The notes under the pieces are model-generated. The model was not told where the DNA came from and did no database searches. It was given only the letters and a program-made list of their open reading frames with translations. The translations under genes were made by a program, and so were the position numbers. From positions 864,001 through 928,000 of the forward strand of contig OY760937.1 of NCBI GenBank assembly GCA_963664225.1: a stretch of 64,000 nucleotides of DNA. The letters are read 5' to 3'. Numbering within the stretch: position 1 is the first letter of the stretch; each line of letters starts with the position of its first letter. Of the stretch, positions 27,871 to 37,703 are shown piece by piece. The DNA is from Verrucomicrobiia bacterium (GTDB lineage: Bacteria; Verrucomicrobiota; Verrucomicrobiia; Limisphaerales; UBA1319).

Positions 27871-28857
27871 TTATTGGGCGATTGCCTCGTAAAAGGCGTC
27901 GATATTGGCCAACGGGGTTCCCGGGGGGACATCGCATCCCGAGGAGAGGATGAAATTGGGATGGGAGCTGGTGGATGCGAGCAGTCCGGCCACGGAGGCG
28001 CGGACATCGGCGGGTTGGGAGCGCAGGAAAATGGCGGCGGGATCGAGATTCCCGGCGACGAGGGTGTCCTTGGGCATTTGGGCCAGGGCGGCTGGAATAT
28101 CCATGGGGGCGCCGAAGTGATAGGCGCTGGCACCGGCGGCGAGCAATGCGGGCAAATGAAGCGATTTTGCGGCGCAATTGTGGACCATGATCGTGAATTG
28201 CGGTTCGGACACGGCTGTTATGATTTCTTTTATGTACCGGGAGGAGAATTTCTCCATGCCTCGTGGGGAAAGGAGGCCCGCAGTGGGTTCCGCCATGATG
28301 ATGCCATCTGCCCCGGCCTTTTTGAAGGCTTGCGCGTAGGCGGTCAGAAAGCGGGTGCTTTTTTCCAGGAGCAGATTTGTCAGATCGGGGTCTTCGAGGG
28401 TGAGTCCCAGGGCTTCGCTAACGCCGAAAATGCGTCCGGCGAGTGAGAAGGGACCGATCATGCCGGCCAGAACCCATGGATGCCCGGGAAAATTTGCCAG
28501 TTTGTTCACGGTATCGAGGTAAACGCTGGTGCGTGCGTCGCCTGGTTGGGGGATGCCCAGTTTTTGTGCGGTTTCGCGTGAGGTGACATGGCGGCCAATC
28601 ACGGTGGGAATCTCGTGGTCGGACATTTTAATTTCGCAACCGAAGGCCTCGGATTCGACGCTTAGATCCATGGCGGACAGGACGACCGGCGTTTTATAGC
28701 GTTCGTGCAAGGCGGCTTGCACATCGGCCTGGATGGAGGCGCTGGTCACCATGTCGCGGACGGTGGCGTGGCGCAGGGGCGCGCCGGGGTAGGTCACAAT
28801 GGGCAAACCCAACGGGCGGCTGGCATTGAGGACGAATTGGGGGAATGAACGAATCAT
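27871..28857 (-). CDS. Uroporphyrinogen decarboxylase superfamily, MtaA/CmuA-like methyltransferase
   Basis: DLSVESEAFG, GPFSLA, MAEPTA, VHNC (HxC), GNLDP, ILSSGCDVPPGTP. Confidence 0.82.
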   Translation of the reverse strand: MIRSFPQFVLNASRPLGLPIVTYPGAPLRHATVRDMVTSASIQADVQAALHERYKTPVVLSAMDLSVESEAFGCEIKMSDHEIPTVIGRHVTSRETAQKLGIPQPGDARTSVYLDTVNKLANFPGHPWVLAGMIGPFSLAGRIFGVSEALGLTLEDPDLTNLLLEKSTRFLTAYAQAFKKAGADGIIMAEPTAGLLSPRGMEKFSSRYIKEIITAVSEPQFTIMVHNCAAKSLHLPALLAAGASAYHFGAPMDIPAALAQMPKDTLVAGNLDPAAIFLRSQPADVRASVAGLLASTSSHPNFILSSGCDVPPGTPLANIDAFYEAIAQ

Positions 28858-28927
28858 TGGGGCTTTCCAATAAAGAAAGCCCCAGAGTATTGCAAGATTT
28901 TAGTGGCTGTTAAGAAACAGCCGCAGG

Positions 28928-30166
28928 TTACCGTTTGCGACGGCGGACCGGGCCGCAATAGTAGCCGCCGGAAAGACGGACGCCCCGGGCGCGCTGGTCT
29001 TCACCGGCAGGTTGACCGGGTTTGTCGCGTTCGAACAAGGCGGTGTAGCGATAGTCGAATTTTTCGAGTTTCACGCGTTCGATCTTCAGGCCGATGAAAC
29101 GCTCGATGGCGCGCATGTGGGCGATGTCCTCGGCAACCATGAGTGTGAAGGCTTCACCCAGGGCCTGGGCCCGGCCTGTGCGGCCAATGCGATGAACGTA
29201 GTCCTCGGGGTGTTGCGGCACATCGAAGTTGATGACATGGCTGACATCGGTGATGTCCAAACCGCGGGCGGCGATGTCGGTGGCGACCAGGATTTCATAA
29301 CGGCCGTCGCGGAAGCCTTTGAGGGCCTGTTCGCGCTCGCGTTGCGTGCGGTTGGAGTGCAGGACGGTGACCGCGTGACTGTTTTGATGGAGGAATTTGG
29401 CGATCCGGTCCGCGCGATGCTTGGTGCGGCAGAAGATGATGACGGAGGAAAAGTCGATGCGACTCAGGATGGCTTTCAGGAGATCGGATTTCTGGTCGTC
29501 GGCGACGGGATAGACCGAGTGGGAGACGGTTTCGGCCGGGGAACGGCGAATGCCGATTTCCACGGTCTGAGGGGTTTTCATGGCCCAACGGATCAGGGAA
29601 CCGATCTCCGGGGGGACGGTTGCCGAGAAAAGCATGGTCTGACGCGTTTTGGGGCAGCGTTCGACGATGCGTTTGACATCGGGCAGGAATCCCATATCGA
29701 GCATGCGGTCGGCTTCGTCGAGGACGAGGTATTTGACGTAGTCGAGACGGACCGCACCCCGGCTGATATGATCGAGGAGGCGTCCGGGGGTTGCGGCAAG
29801 GATATCGACGCCGTTGCGCAATGCTTCGTTCTGTTTTCCATAGCCTACACCGCCATAAACGACGGCGGTGTGGAGTTTTGTGAAGCGGGCGAAATCGTGA
29901 ATGGCGGTTTCCACCTGCGCGGCAAGTTCCCGGGTCGGCTCGAGGATCAACACGCGGGGTCCCTGAGCGGGATCGCCCAGTTTGGAGATAATGGGGAGCG
30001 CGAACGCGGCCGTTTTGCCGGTACCTGTTTGCGCACTGCCGATCAAATCCTGACCGGCCATTAATAATGGTATTGCGCGCAATTGAATGGGGGTTGGTTC
30101 CACGTATCCCATTGCTTTGATACCTTGAACCACCGCCGCTGAAAGCCCTAATTTAGTAAATGGCAT
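28928..30166 (-). CDS. DEAD-box RNA helicase (RhlE-like)
   Basis: Q motif PTPIQ, AQTGTGKT, PTRELA, TPGRL, DEAD, SAT, ARGLD, HRIGRTGR. Confidence 0.95.
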   Translation of the reverse strand: MPFTKLGLSAAVVQGIKAMGYVEPTPIQLRAIPLLMAGQDLIGSAQTGTGKTAAFALPIISKLGDPAQGPRVLILEPTRELAAQVETAIHDFARFTKLHTAVVYGGVGYGKQNEALRNGVDILAATPGRLLDHISRGAVRLDYVKYLVLDEADRMLDMGFLPDVKRIVERCPKTRQTMLFSATVPPEIGSLIRWAMKTPQTVEIGIRRSPAETVSHSVYPVADDQKSDLLKAILSRIDFSSVIIFCRTKHRADRIAKFLHQNSHAVTVLHSNRTQREREQALKGFRDGRYEILVATDIAARGLDITDVSHVINFDVPQHPEDYVHRIGRTGRAQALGEAFTLMVAEDIAHMRAIERFIGLKIERVKLEKFDYRYTALFERDKPGQPAGEDQRARGVRLSGGYYCGPVRRRKR

Positions 30167-30314
30167 GGTTCAAACTACCAGTTGCAAGCGCGTTTGAAAA
30201 TAAATGTTTTTTTGGGATGGGTTTGTGAAGGCCAAAAAAGAGACCCGCCAGGCCGATGTTCAAACCCGCCTGGCGCGTCGAAAAACCGCTGTCCGGTCGC
30301 TCCGTTTTTCCGGA

Positions 30315-32831
30315 TTATTCGAGAAGCCGCCACTCCAGAATGCCACCGGACTGGCCCGGTTGGAGCCGGACTTCCAGACGGAGGGCGCTGACGGTAACCG
30401 GTTCGAAGTGAACCGTGTTGAATTGGTCTCTGGCCAATCCGTAGTCCTCTTTGGCGACCACAGGTTTCCATTGGTCGCCATCTTTGGAAAGGATGCGCCA
30501 GGAGGCGGGAACGCGGCAGCCGCCTCCGGGTGTGTCGTCAAACCAATAGACCTGGACACCGCCGATTTTTTTGGCGGCCGTTAAATCGTATTGCACCCAT
30601 TCGGTGGTGCCCTTGTGATCCCACCATGTGAAACGGGGGATGGCGCCGTCGTTGGAACCGGCCACGGGAAGGTCGTCCTCGAGGGCCTCCACGGTGTCCG
30701 TGTCGTTCACATGCGAAGCGCTGGCCTTGTAAAGGGCCGGTTTGGGCACGGGCGGGGCGATCCATTCGTGCGCGTCGGGTCCCTTGCCAATGACCGGGAA
30801 GGAGGTGATTCGCAGGCGGGCGGCCCCCATGGGAATGAGGGTGACGGTTTCGAGGGGTTCCGTCGAAAGCGCCGGGCTGGGTTGGAGCAAGCCGACCATG
30901 CCGAGTTTGTCCTGGGTCCAGGCGGGAATTTTACGGGCTATGGCGCGGATGGAGACGGGGATGTTCTCCGGGGTAAACGGCTGGGTGGCCAGCGGGCCCT
31001 TTTTCCTGATCACTTCAAACGATCCACGGCTGAGGTCCAATCCATAGTTCCATGGTGTGGTGGGATAGACTTCCAGTGTCGGCCAGGCGTCAGTGCCACC
31101 ATAGCGTTCCCAGCGTTCGCCGATCTTGAGGGAAAAGGTCAGGGGACCGTAATCGACCGAGAGGGCGTTTTTATTTTTAGCCCAGGTGCGCGTGGTGACC
31201 TTCATGGGCAGTTTCAAGGTGAGGACATCCCCGTTGGACCAGGTGCGGTTCAGGATGATGTAAGACAAGGGAGTCGCCTGGACCCGGACGGATTTGCCGT
31301 TGATTTTGACGGTGGGGTTGGTGGCCCAGCGTGGAACGCGCAGGTAAAGCGGGAAGGTGGCCTTGTCGGCTGTGGTAAGGGTCCATTGAATGGTGTCACT
31401 AAAAGGATAATCGGTTTCCCCGGTCAGGGTGACCTCGACGCCGGAGGCGACTTTGGCTTTGACTTGCGAGGGCGCGTAGAGGGAAGCACATAATCCGCCG
31501 TCGGCGGTTCCCAGATACAACTCCTCGGCGTAATAAGGCCAGCCGTGCGAGACGTTGTGCTGACAGCAGCGATAAGTCTCGAAGGGACTGTAGGAGAGCA
31601 TGGTGCCGCCGTTTTGGAGGTCGGGACTTTTGTTTTTGCTGTCCAGTTGAATCATGTTCGCGCCGGTCAGGTAATGGAGGCCCTTCATGTCCGGGGTCAG
31701 GGCCGCCGGGAAGGTGTTGAAGGCGATTTCCTCGGCGCGGTCGGACCAGATGGGGTTGCCGGAAATGCGGGAGAGCATTTCAAAGCTGTGCATGAACTCG
31801 ACGATGCCGCAGGTTTCGAATCCCTGGCGCGGATCGGTGAAGCCGGGTCGGCAGTTTTCGTCGCCGCCGAAGCCGCCTCCGGGGAACTGGCCGTAAAGGT
31901 CCATGACTTTCTGGTAATTCCGCTCGGCGGCGTTCAGGAATTTGATGTCCTTTGCCTGGGGATAAAACATCGCGGGGGCGCGGAATCCCTGGGCAATGTT
32001 GACGTTGTGCCAGTTGATGACGTCGTCGATCCATGGCGCCATGTTGTCCTGAATTTTTTGGGTCAATTCGAGAAGCCAGGCATCGCCGGTGCGATTATAA
32101 AGCCAGTGAATGGATTCGATGTTGTCGCCCGCGCGTATTTTGGGCCAGTAACCGGCGCCGAAATATTCCGGGGGAAGCTGGTTTTGCCAGCGGAAATAGC
32201 GCGTCATGAAGGGCAATACGCGGGCGTCATTGGAATACTCATAATAGGACTGGAGGACGTTGAGCATGACCATGTGGGGCCAGAGGTCTGGCTTGCCTTC
32301 GAGGGATTTCAGGAGTTCGCGGGGGCCGAACCAACCATCCTCGCGCTGGCTGGAGAGGACCGCCTCGATCCAGACGCGGGCTTCGCGAATGATTTCGGGA
32401 TCGTTGAGGACGTAACCGAGGTCGCCAAAGCCTTTGAGCCAGTAGGGGAGTTCCTCCCAGCCGCTGTGACCGGCGCCATCCTTGTTGGCCCAGGAATTGG
32501 AGTCGAACTTGAGCCATGGAGAGATTTCCTTGAGGCGCCCCGTCATTCCTTTGGCTTCGATTTCGAGCATGTGGCGCAACCAGCCCTCTGGACGAATGGA
32601 ACCGATGGGCAGTTTGACGAAGGGCGCCTGCAACAGCGGACTGCGATTGGTCACGTAAAGCGATTGGTTTCCGGTGGCCGCCGCAATGGGGACGACCTGG
32701 ATTTGCGGGGTTTTTGTCGGGGCAGAGCCGTTCATGGGTTCTTTGGCCTCCTGTGCGGCGGCGAGGCAGGGTTGGGAAAGGGCGCATACGCCAGCGAGCA
32801 CCGCCACGCCTGTGCAAATTCTTTGATTCAT
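30315..32831 (-). CDS. Secreted GH127/GH146-like beta-L-arabinofuranosidase with C-terminal F5/8-type (CBM32-like) domain
   Basis: LPIGSIRPEGWL, GWEELPYWL, HNVN, ETCGIVE, CCQHN, TDYPF, LRVPRW; signal peptide; start may be 32858. Confidence 0.82.
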   Translation of the reverse strand: MNQRICTGVAVLAGVCALSQPCLAAAQEAKEPMNGSAPTKTPQIQVVPIAAATGNQSLYVTNRSPLLQAPFVKLPIGSIRPEGWLRHMLEIEAKGMTGRLKEISPWLKFDSNSWANKDGAGHSGWEELPYWLKGFGDLGYVLNDPEIIREARVWIEAVLSSQREDGWFGPRELLKSLEGKPDLWPHMVMLNVLQSYYEYSNDARVLPFMTRYFRWQNQLPPEYFGAGYWPKIRAGDNIESIHWLYNRTGDAWLLELTQKIQDNMAPWIDDVINWHNVNIAQGFRAPAMFYPQAKDIKFLNAAERNYQKVMDLYGQFPGGGFGGDENCRPGFTDPRQGFETCGIVEFMHSFEMLSRISGNPIWSDRAEEIAFNTFPAALTPDMKGLHYLTGANMIQLDSKNKSPDLQNGGTMLSYSPFETYRCCQHNVSHGWPYYAEELYLGTADGGLCASLYAPSQVKAKVASGVEVTLTGETDYPFSDTIQWTLTTADKATFPLYLRVPRWATNPTVKINGKSVRVQATPLSYIILNRTWSNGDVLTLKLPMKVTTRTWAKNKNALSVDYGPLTFSLKIGERWERYGGTDAWPTLEVYPTTPWNYGLDLSRGSFEVIRKKGPLATQPFTPENIPVSIRAIARKIPAWTQDKLGMVGLLQPSPALSTEPLETVTLIPMGAARLRITSFPVIGKGPDAHEWIAPPVPKPALYKASASHVNDTDTVEALEDDLPVAGSNDGAIPRFTWWDHKGTTEWVQYDLTAAKKIGGVQVYWFDDTPGGGCRVPASWRILSKDGDQWKPVVAKEDYGLARDQFNTVHFEPVTVSALRLEVRLQPGQSGGILEWRLLE

Positions 32832-33023
32832 GGATAGTCTGGGTCTTTGTGTGGGCATGATTGAATTAAACACTAGCTCTTTATGATCGTCCGCCAAGAA
32901 AAAACGATGGAACAAAGGTGGAGGGCAGGATGGATAATTGACAATGGATCAGCAGCTGATTAGCACAGATAAACAGATTTGGGAAGGACAGGATTAATAG
33001 GATTATTGGAGAAAAGATGAAAT

Positions 33024-33061
33024 TAACCCTATGGGCAAGACTGGGCTTGCCCATAGGGTTA
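33024..33061 (-). terminator. Strong hairpin / probable terminator of the LVIVD protein gene
   Basis: Perfect 16-bp stem TAACCCTATGGGCAAG-N6-CTTGCCCATAGGGTTA just past the stop at 33085. Confidence 0.65.
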
Positions 33062-33084
33062 TGTGCTGAAAGCCGTATTCAGGA

Positions 33085-36000
33085 TCACGGTTTTTCGAGC
33101 CGGAAATACTCCTGCGGCAGGCCGTTGGTGGGTAGAAGGATGCGGCGCATGCCGTTGCTGGTGATGATTTCGGTTTGCACCGGCTGCCAGGATACCGGCG
33201 GGACGAGGTTTGTCGCGGATTTCAATTGGCAATCTCCCAACGCTTCCGGCCAGGCCAGCGTCCACTGTCCCTGAACCGCTTCCATGCCCAGGATCAAGGG
33301 ATGAGGCATTACCTGAAAAGTGCGCTCGACCGGAGCGGCGGCGGCAGTGACAGAGTTGCCTTCCTGGGTCGCCCGGACTGTGATGGTCCCGAGATTGGTC
33401 CAGGTGAACAGGTTGCTAATGACTGTGGCTGGCCCGCTGACCAGGGTGAAGGTCACCGGCAAGCCGCTAGTGGAGGTGGCCTGTAACGCGATTGATCCAT
33501 CGGTGCCATGCTGGTTGGTAACGGCGTCGAAGGTAATGGTTTGAGGGAACCAAATCTCGGAGGGAAAGATCATCAGGCCGTTGGTGCCGGAGGCGACATA
33601 GACATAATTGCCCGCCACAGTGACGTCCTGGGCCTGACCGCCGGTGTCATAACCACCCACGCGTTGCGGAGCGGTCGGGCTGCTGACGTCGATGATTTGC
33701 AAACCATTAGTGTCTTCCGCGATATAGGCATAATTGCCAGACACGGCAACACCCGAAACAATGCTGCTGGTGTTGTATGTGCCCACAAGCGTAAGACTGG
33801 CCGGATTGCGGATATCGACGATCTTGAGGCCGCCGTGGGCGTTCGCCAAATAGATATAGTTCCCATGCAGGGCAAAATTCGAAATCATAAGGCCCGCAGA
33901 ATATCCACCGGGAACTGATACAGGCATGAATGGATTGGTAATGTCCATTGCATATAGAGTGTTGGGCGACAAGCTGCATTCAAAGGCGTAATGCCCGGAC
34001 ACAGCGACGCGCCTGCCATTATACGTTGTTGGATTAACTTTGCTTGCGAGCTTCGGTGCGGCTGGATTTCGAATGTCGATTACGAGCAGCGGACCTGTTG
34101 GAGGTAAATAAAAGCCATACGCCACATAGGCATAATTTCCGACCACCGTAACATCATTGAGGGAGTTATTTGTGGAAGTATAGGTACCCACGACCTGAAG
34201 CGTGCTTGGATCGTGTGCATCGATGATCTTTAGAACGTCGCGTCCATCCACCAAATACAAATAGTTTCCAGCTACTGCAAGGCGCTGAGACTGGCCGGTT
34301 GTGGCAATTCCACCCACACGCACCGGCGCGGCGGGTTTGTGAATGTCCAGGACAACGAGACCCGCCTTTCCCGCGCCCACATAGGCATAATCTCCAGACA
34401 CCACCACCGATTGTGCGGAACCTAGTCCCACGTCCTTCCATGCACCCACCTGACCCAAACGGGCGGTGGTGTCGAACAACACTTGGTATAAAGTTTCGGG
34501 ATCATAGACGCCGTTGCCCGGTTGTTCCGCCCGAACGGTGACTGGCCCTGAATTGGTCAGCAACAACGAACCATTCTCGATTGTCGCCGGGCCGTTGACC
34601 ACTTCAATAAGCACGGGCAAACCGGCGCTGGAGTGGGCGGATATGGGCAGAGGTTGATTCAATATCGGTGCGCTGGGCAGGATATCGAATGCGAGCCTCT
34701 GCGTGAGCATGCGGACTTGAAAGCTGCGTTCGACCGGCGCGGCGGCGGCATAGATGTCGTTGCCAGCCTGAGTCGCCATGACTGTGATGGTTCCGGTGTT
34801 GGTCCAGGTGAGAATGTTGTTTGAAATGGTCGCTGGTCCGCTGACCAGGGTCAAGGTCACCGGCAAGCCGCTGGTGGCGGTCGCTTCCAAGACGACGGGG
34901 GCATTTGAGATGATCTGGTCGGCAATGGCGTTGAAGGTCAGGGTTTGGAAGGTTCGTATATCGGATTTAAGGATGTGCAAACCCTGGTTGGCCTCCGTCA
35001 TATACAAATAGCCATTTGTTCCAACAAGCCCCACAGCCACTCCACTTCCAAAACCGCCAAGGCTTACGGGCGTCATTGGGTTGCTGATGTCGATCACCTG
35101 CACCCCATTTGTGCCGTTCGCGATATAGGCGCGATTGCCGGAGACGGAAACGCCAGTGATGGAATTGGTGGTGACATAGCCGCCGGTGAATGCTGGGGCC
35201 ACGGGGTTGGCGATGTCGATGATTTGAAGGCCATTTGTGCCATCCGCCACATAAGCATAATGGTCTGCCACTGCGAGATCGTAAGCGGTGCCGGGAGTGC
35301 CCAATCCACCCACCACTTGAAGCGCGGTGCGATCGCTGACGTCGATGATTTGCAAACCGTTTGTGCCATCGGCCACATAAGCATAATGGCCTGCGACAGC
35401 GACATTGTAAGCGGTTCCGGGGGTATCCAATCCGCCCACACGGAGCGGGGTGGTGGGGTCGCTGATGTCGATGATCTGGAATCCAGAGTCACCGTCAGCC
35501 ACATACGCATCTGTGCCCGCCACGCAAACGCGTCTGGCATCGCCGGGGGTATCCAATCCGCCGATACGAATCGGAGCGGATGGAATACTGATATCAATGA
35601 TCTGCAATCCGGCGGAGCCATCGGCGACATAGGCATTACTACCGTTCACGGCAACATCCCGCGCGGTCCCACTGGTGTCATAACTGCCGACAAGCTTGGG
35701 CGCGTCCGGGTTGGTGATATCGACTGCCTGCAATCCGGCTGCACCTTCCGCCAAAAAGACCATGTTTGTTCCAATGGCCATGCCACCGGCTGATCTGACG
35801 GTCGCGTACCCACCCGCGTGTTGGGGTGATTTCGGATTGCTGATGTCCACCACTTCCAGACCGCCATTGTCCAATGCGATAAAAGAGTACCCCCCCGACA
35901 CCGCAGTCCCTTGAGCGTATCCAAGTGTCTTATAGCCGCCGGAAAGCGTAGGGGCAGTCGGATCGGTGATGTCAATAATTTTAAGCCCCAAGTCACTACA

Positions 36001-36876
36001 AGCAGCTAAGACGTAATTCCCGGCAACAGAAAACCGAGCCATGCTAAAGGTGGACTTGAAGCCACCCAGGCGCACCGGTGTGGCTGGATTGCTCATGTCG
36101 AAGATTTCGAGAGCTCCAGCTGAAGTGCCAATGAAAAGCTTATTATCGGCACCTTTGAGACTGGCAATACCTCCGGTAACAGGCGCACTCCCCAATCGTT
36201 GAGGCTCGGCAGGATTGCTGACATCCAAGACGTCAAAACCACCACTGGCATTAGCAATGCAAATATTCTGCCCAACCACGGCGAGACCCCAATTCCCGAT
36301 TGGTTTGTACCAGGATAAGAACTCGGGAGCTTCGGGAGTGCTAATGTCAATTACTGTTACGGCACCGTTATCGTTCATCAAATATGCATTATTTCCGATT
36401 ATACCGACATCCTCGGCTGATCCGCTCCCTTTATATCCGCCGATTAATTTGGGGGCGGAAGGATTGCTGACATCGACAATCTCAAAACAGTTTCCCCGCC
36501 CAGACAATGATAAGTAAACACGCTGACCAATCACAGTTATACCAGTCACATTAATCAAATCGGCTTTTGGCTGGTAGCTTCCCACGGCTGATGGCGTGAG
36601 TGGGTTGCTGATATCCACGACAATAAAGCCGCCGGTATGTGAAGTGACCAAATAGTCCTGGTAAATTATATATGCATAGTTGCCTGAAATGACCAAATCG
36701 CTGGTTACGGCGCTTTTATGCCCGGGCCAGACGCCATTTGAGACAAAGACATTGGTCAGTTCGGCCTGGACGGTGAGGCTGGCGCAGAGGGCCAGACAAA
36801 GACAGAGCGCGAGAGACCGGAAACCGTACAGAATTCGAGTGGGAAACAACTCAGTAATGATCGCCATGGTATTCAT
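33085..36876 (-). CDS. Large secreted LVIVD-repeat beta-propeller protein with three small Ig-like modules and a C-terminal module
   Basis: Many V.V.G.YAYVADG..GLQIIDIS.P..P..VG repeats; QT.TF...ATSGLPV...VSGPAT modules; signal peptide. Confidence 0.88.
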   Translation of the reverse strand: MNTMAIITELFPTRILYGFRSLALCLCLALCASLTVQAELTNVFVSNGVWPGHKSAVTSDLVISGNYAYIIYQDYLVTSHTGGFIVVDISNPLTPSAVGSYQPKADLINVTGITVIGQRVYLSLSGRGNCFEIVDVSNPSAPKLIGGYKGSGSAEDVGIIGNNAYLMNDNGAVTVIDISTPEAPEFLSWYKPIGNWGLAVVGQNICIANASGGFDVLDVSNPAEPQRLGSAPVTGGIASLKGADNKLFIGTSAGALEIFDMSNPATPVRLGGFKSTFSMARFSVAGNYVLAACSDLGLKIIDITDPTAPTLSGGYKTLGYAQGTAVSGGYSFIALDNGGLEVVDISNPKSPQHAGGYATVRSAGGMAIGTNMVFLAEGAAGLQAVDITNPDAPKLVGSYDTSGTARDVAVNGSNAYVADGSAGLQIIDISIPSAPIRIGGLDTPGDARRVCVAGTDAYVADGDSGFQIIDISDPTTPLRVGGLDTPGTAYNVAVAGHYAYVADGTNGLQIIDVSDRTALQVVGGLGTPGTAYDLAVADHYAYVADGTNGLQIIDIANPVAPAFTGGYVTTNSITGVSVSGNRAYIANGTNGVQVIDISNPMTPVSLGGFGSGVAVGLVGTNGYLYMTEANQGLHILKSDIRTFQTLTFNAIADQIISNAPVVLEATATSGLPVTLTLVSGPATISNNILTWTNTGTITVMATQAGNDIYAAAAPVERSFQVRMLTQRLAFDILPSAPILNQPLPISAHSSAGLPVLIEVVNGPATIENGSLLLTNSGPVTVRAEQPGNGVYDPETLYQVLFDTTARLGQVGAWKDVGLGSAQSVVVSGDYAYVGAGKAGLVVLDIHKPAAPVRVGGIATTGQSQRLAVAGNYLYLVDGRDVLKIIDAHDPSTLQVVGTYTSTNNSLNDVTVVGNYAYVAYGFYLPPTGPLLVIDIRNPAAPKLASKVNPTTYNGRRVAVSGHYAFECSLSPNTLYAMDITNPFMPVSVPGGYSAGLMISNFALHGNYIYLANAHGGLKIVDIRNPASLTLVGTYNTSSIVSGVAVSGNYAYIAEDTNGLQIIDVSSPTAPQRVGGYDTGGQAQDVTVAGNYVYVASGTNGLMIFPSEIWFPQTITFDAVTNQHGTDGSIALQATSTSGLPVTFTLVSGPATVISNLFTWTNLGTITVRATQEGNSVTAAAAPVERTFQVMPHPLILGMEAVQGQWTLAWPEALGDCQLKSATNLVPPVSWQPVQTEIITSNGMRRILLPTNGLPQEYFRLEKP

Positions 36877-37240
36877 AATTTGAATGCTTCGATTATTTTT
36901 AGCGACGATCGTTACAGCGACGAGTTCGTGTGGCTAATGGGATCGTTTATAAATCTCATCGCACAAGAATAGCAATAAAATAATAGGACCTTTGGTGGCC
37001 AGAGGATGAAAGAGTTCTGGCCTGGTGTTCCGATCCGCCAGCTCGGGGGGGGATTTCGCTTTCAGAAGCCTCACGCGAAGCCGCGAAGGAGGAAAGGAAA
37101 GTGTTTAGGGAATGGCCTCATCCTGGCGCTCTGATACGGCTTTTACAGGTTATCAAGCGTTGGCGAGGACCAGGCTCCTGGGGGGGACGATTCCGTTCAA
37201 ACTGAGGAGTTTTGTGGTGTGCCCCGCGTTTTTTTCAATC

Positions 37241-37342
37241 GTCGCTACGCGACTGATGGGGCTGACGGGAACAGAGATCGCGTTTGAATTCCCAACCGCG
37301 GGTTAAAAACTCACGGCTACCATCGTGCCGTCGCTCCGCGAC
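37241..37342. repeat. REP-like composite palindromic element
   Basis: GTCGCTACGCGAC (37241-53) and GTCGCTCCGCGAC (37330-42) mini-hairpins flanking imperfect CCGCGGGTT-AAA-AACTCACGG. Confidence 0.6.
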
Positions 37343-37423
37343 GAGGCCCTAAGACAGGATTAACAGGATGGACAGGATTGGAAAAAGGGCGGGAGGAAAT
37401 GGATAATTGACCACAAGAAAGTG

Positions 37424-37591
37424 AAGAGCCAAGAGCCAAGAGCGAAGAGCCAAGAGCCAAGAGCCAAGAGCGAAGAGCCAAGAGCCAAGAGCCAAGAGCC
37501 AAGAGCCAAGAGCCAAGAGCCAAGAGCCAAGAGCCAAGAGCCAAGAGCCAAGAGCCAAGAGCCAAGAGCCAAGAGCCAAGAGCCAAGAGCC
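37424..37591 (+). repeat. Heptamer tandem array (AAGAGCC)x24, units 3 and 7 = AAGAGCG
   Basis: 168 bp read directly. Confidence 0.97.
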
Positions 37592-37646
37592 AAGGGCAGA
37601 GGGCTTGGGCAATGGGGAGATCGCATGGAACAAGGGTCGGGGGGAG

Positions 37647-37703
37647 TTGACAACAAGACTGATGGGATTAGACTGGAAACCATAAAAACCGATGGGGTTT
37701 CCA
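37647..37703 (+). promoter_or_regulatory. Sigma70-type promoter with overlapping inverted repeat (candidate TetR operator)
   Basis: TTGACA(37647)-N16-TAGACT(37669); TGGAAACC-N14-GGTTTCCA at 37674-37703 running into the tetR ATG. Confidence 0.65.
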
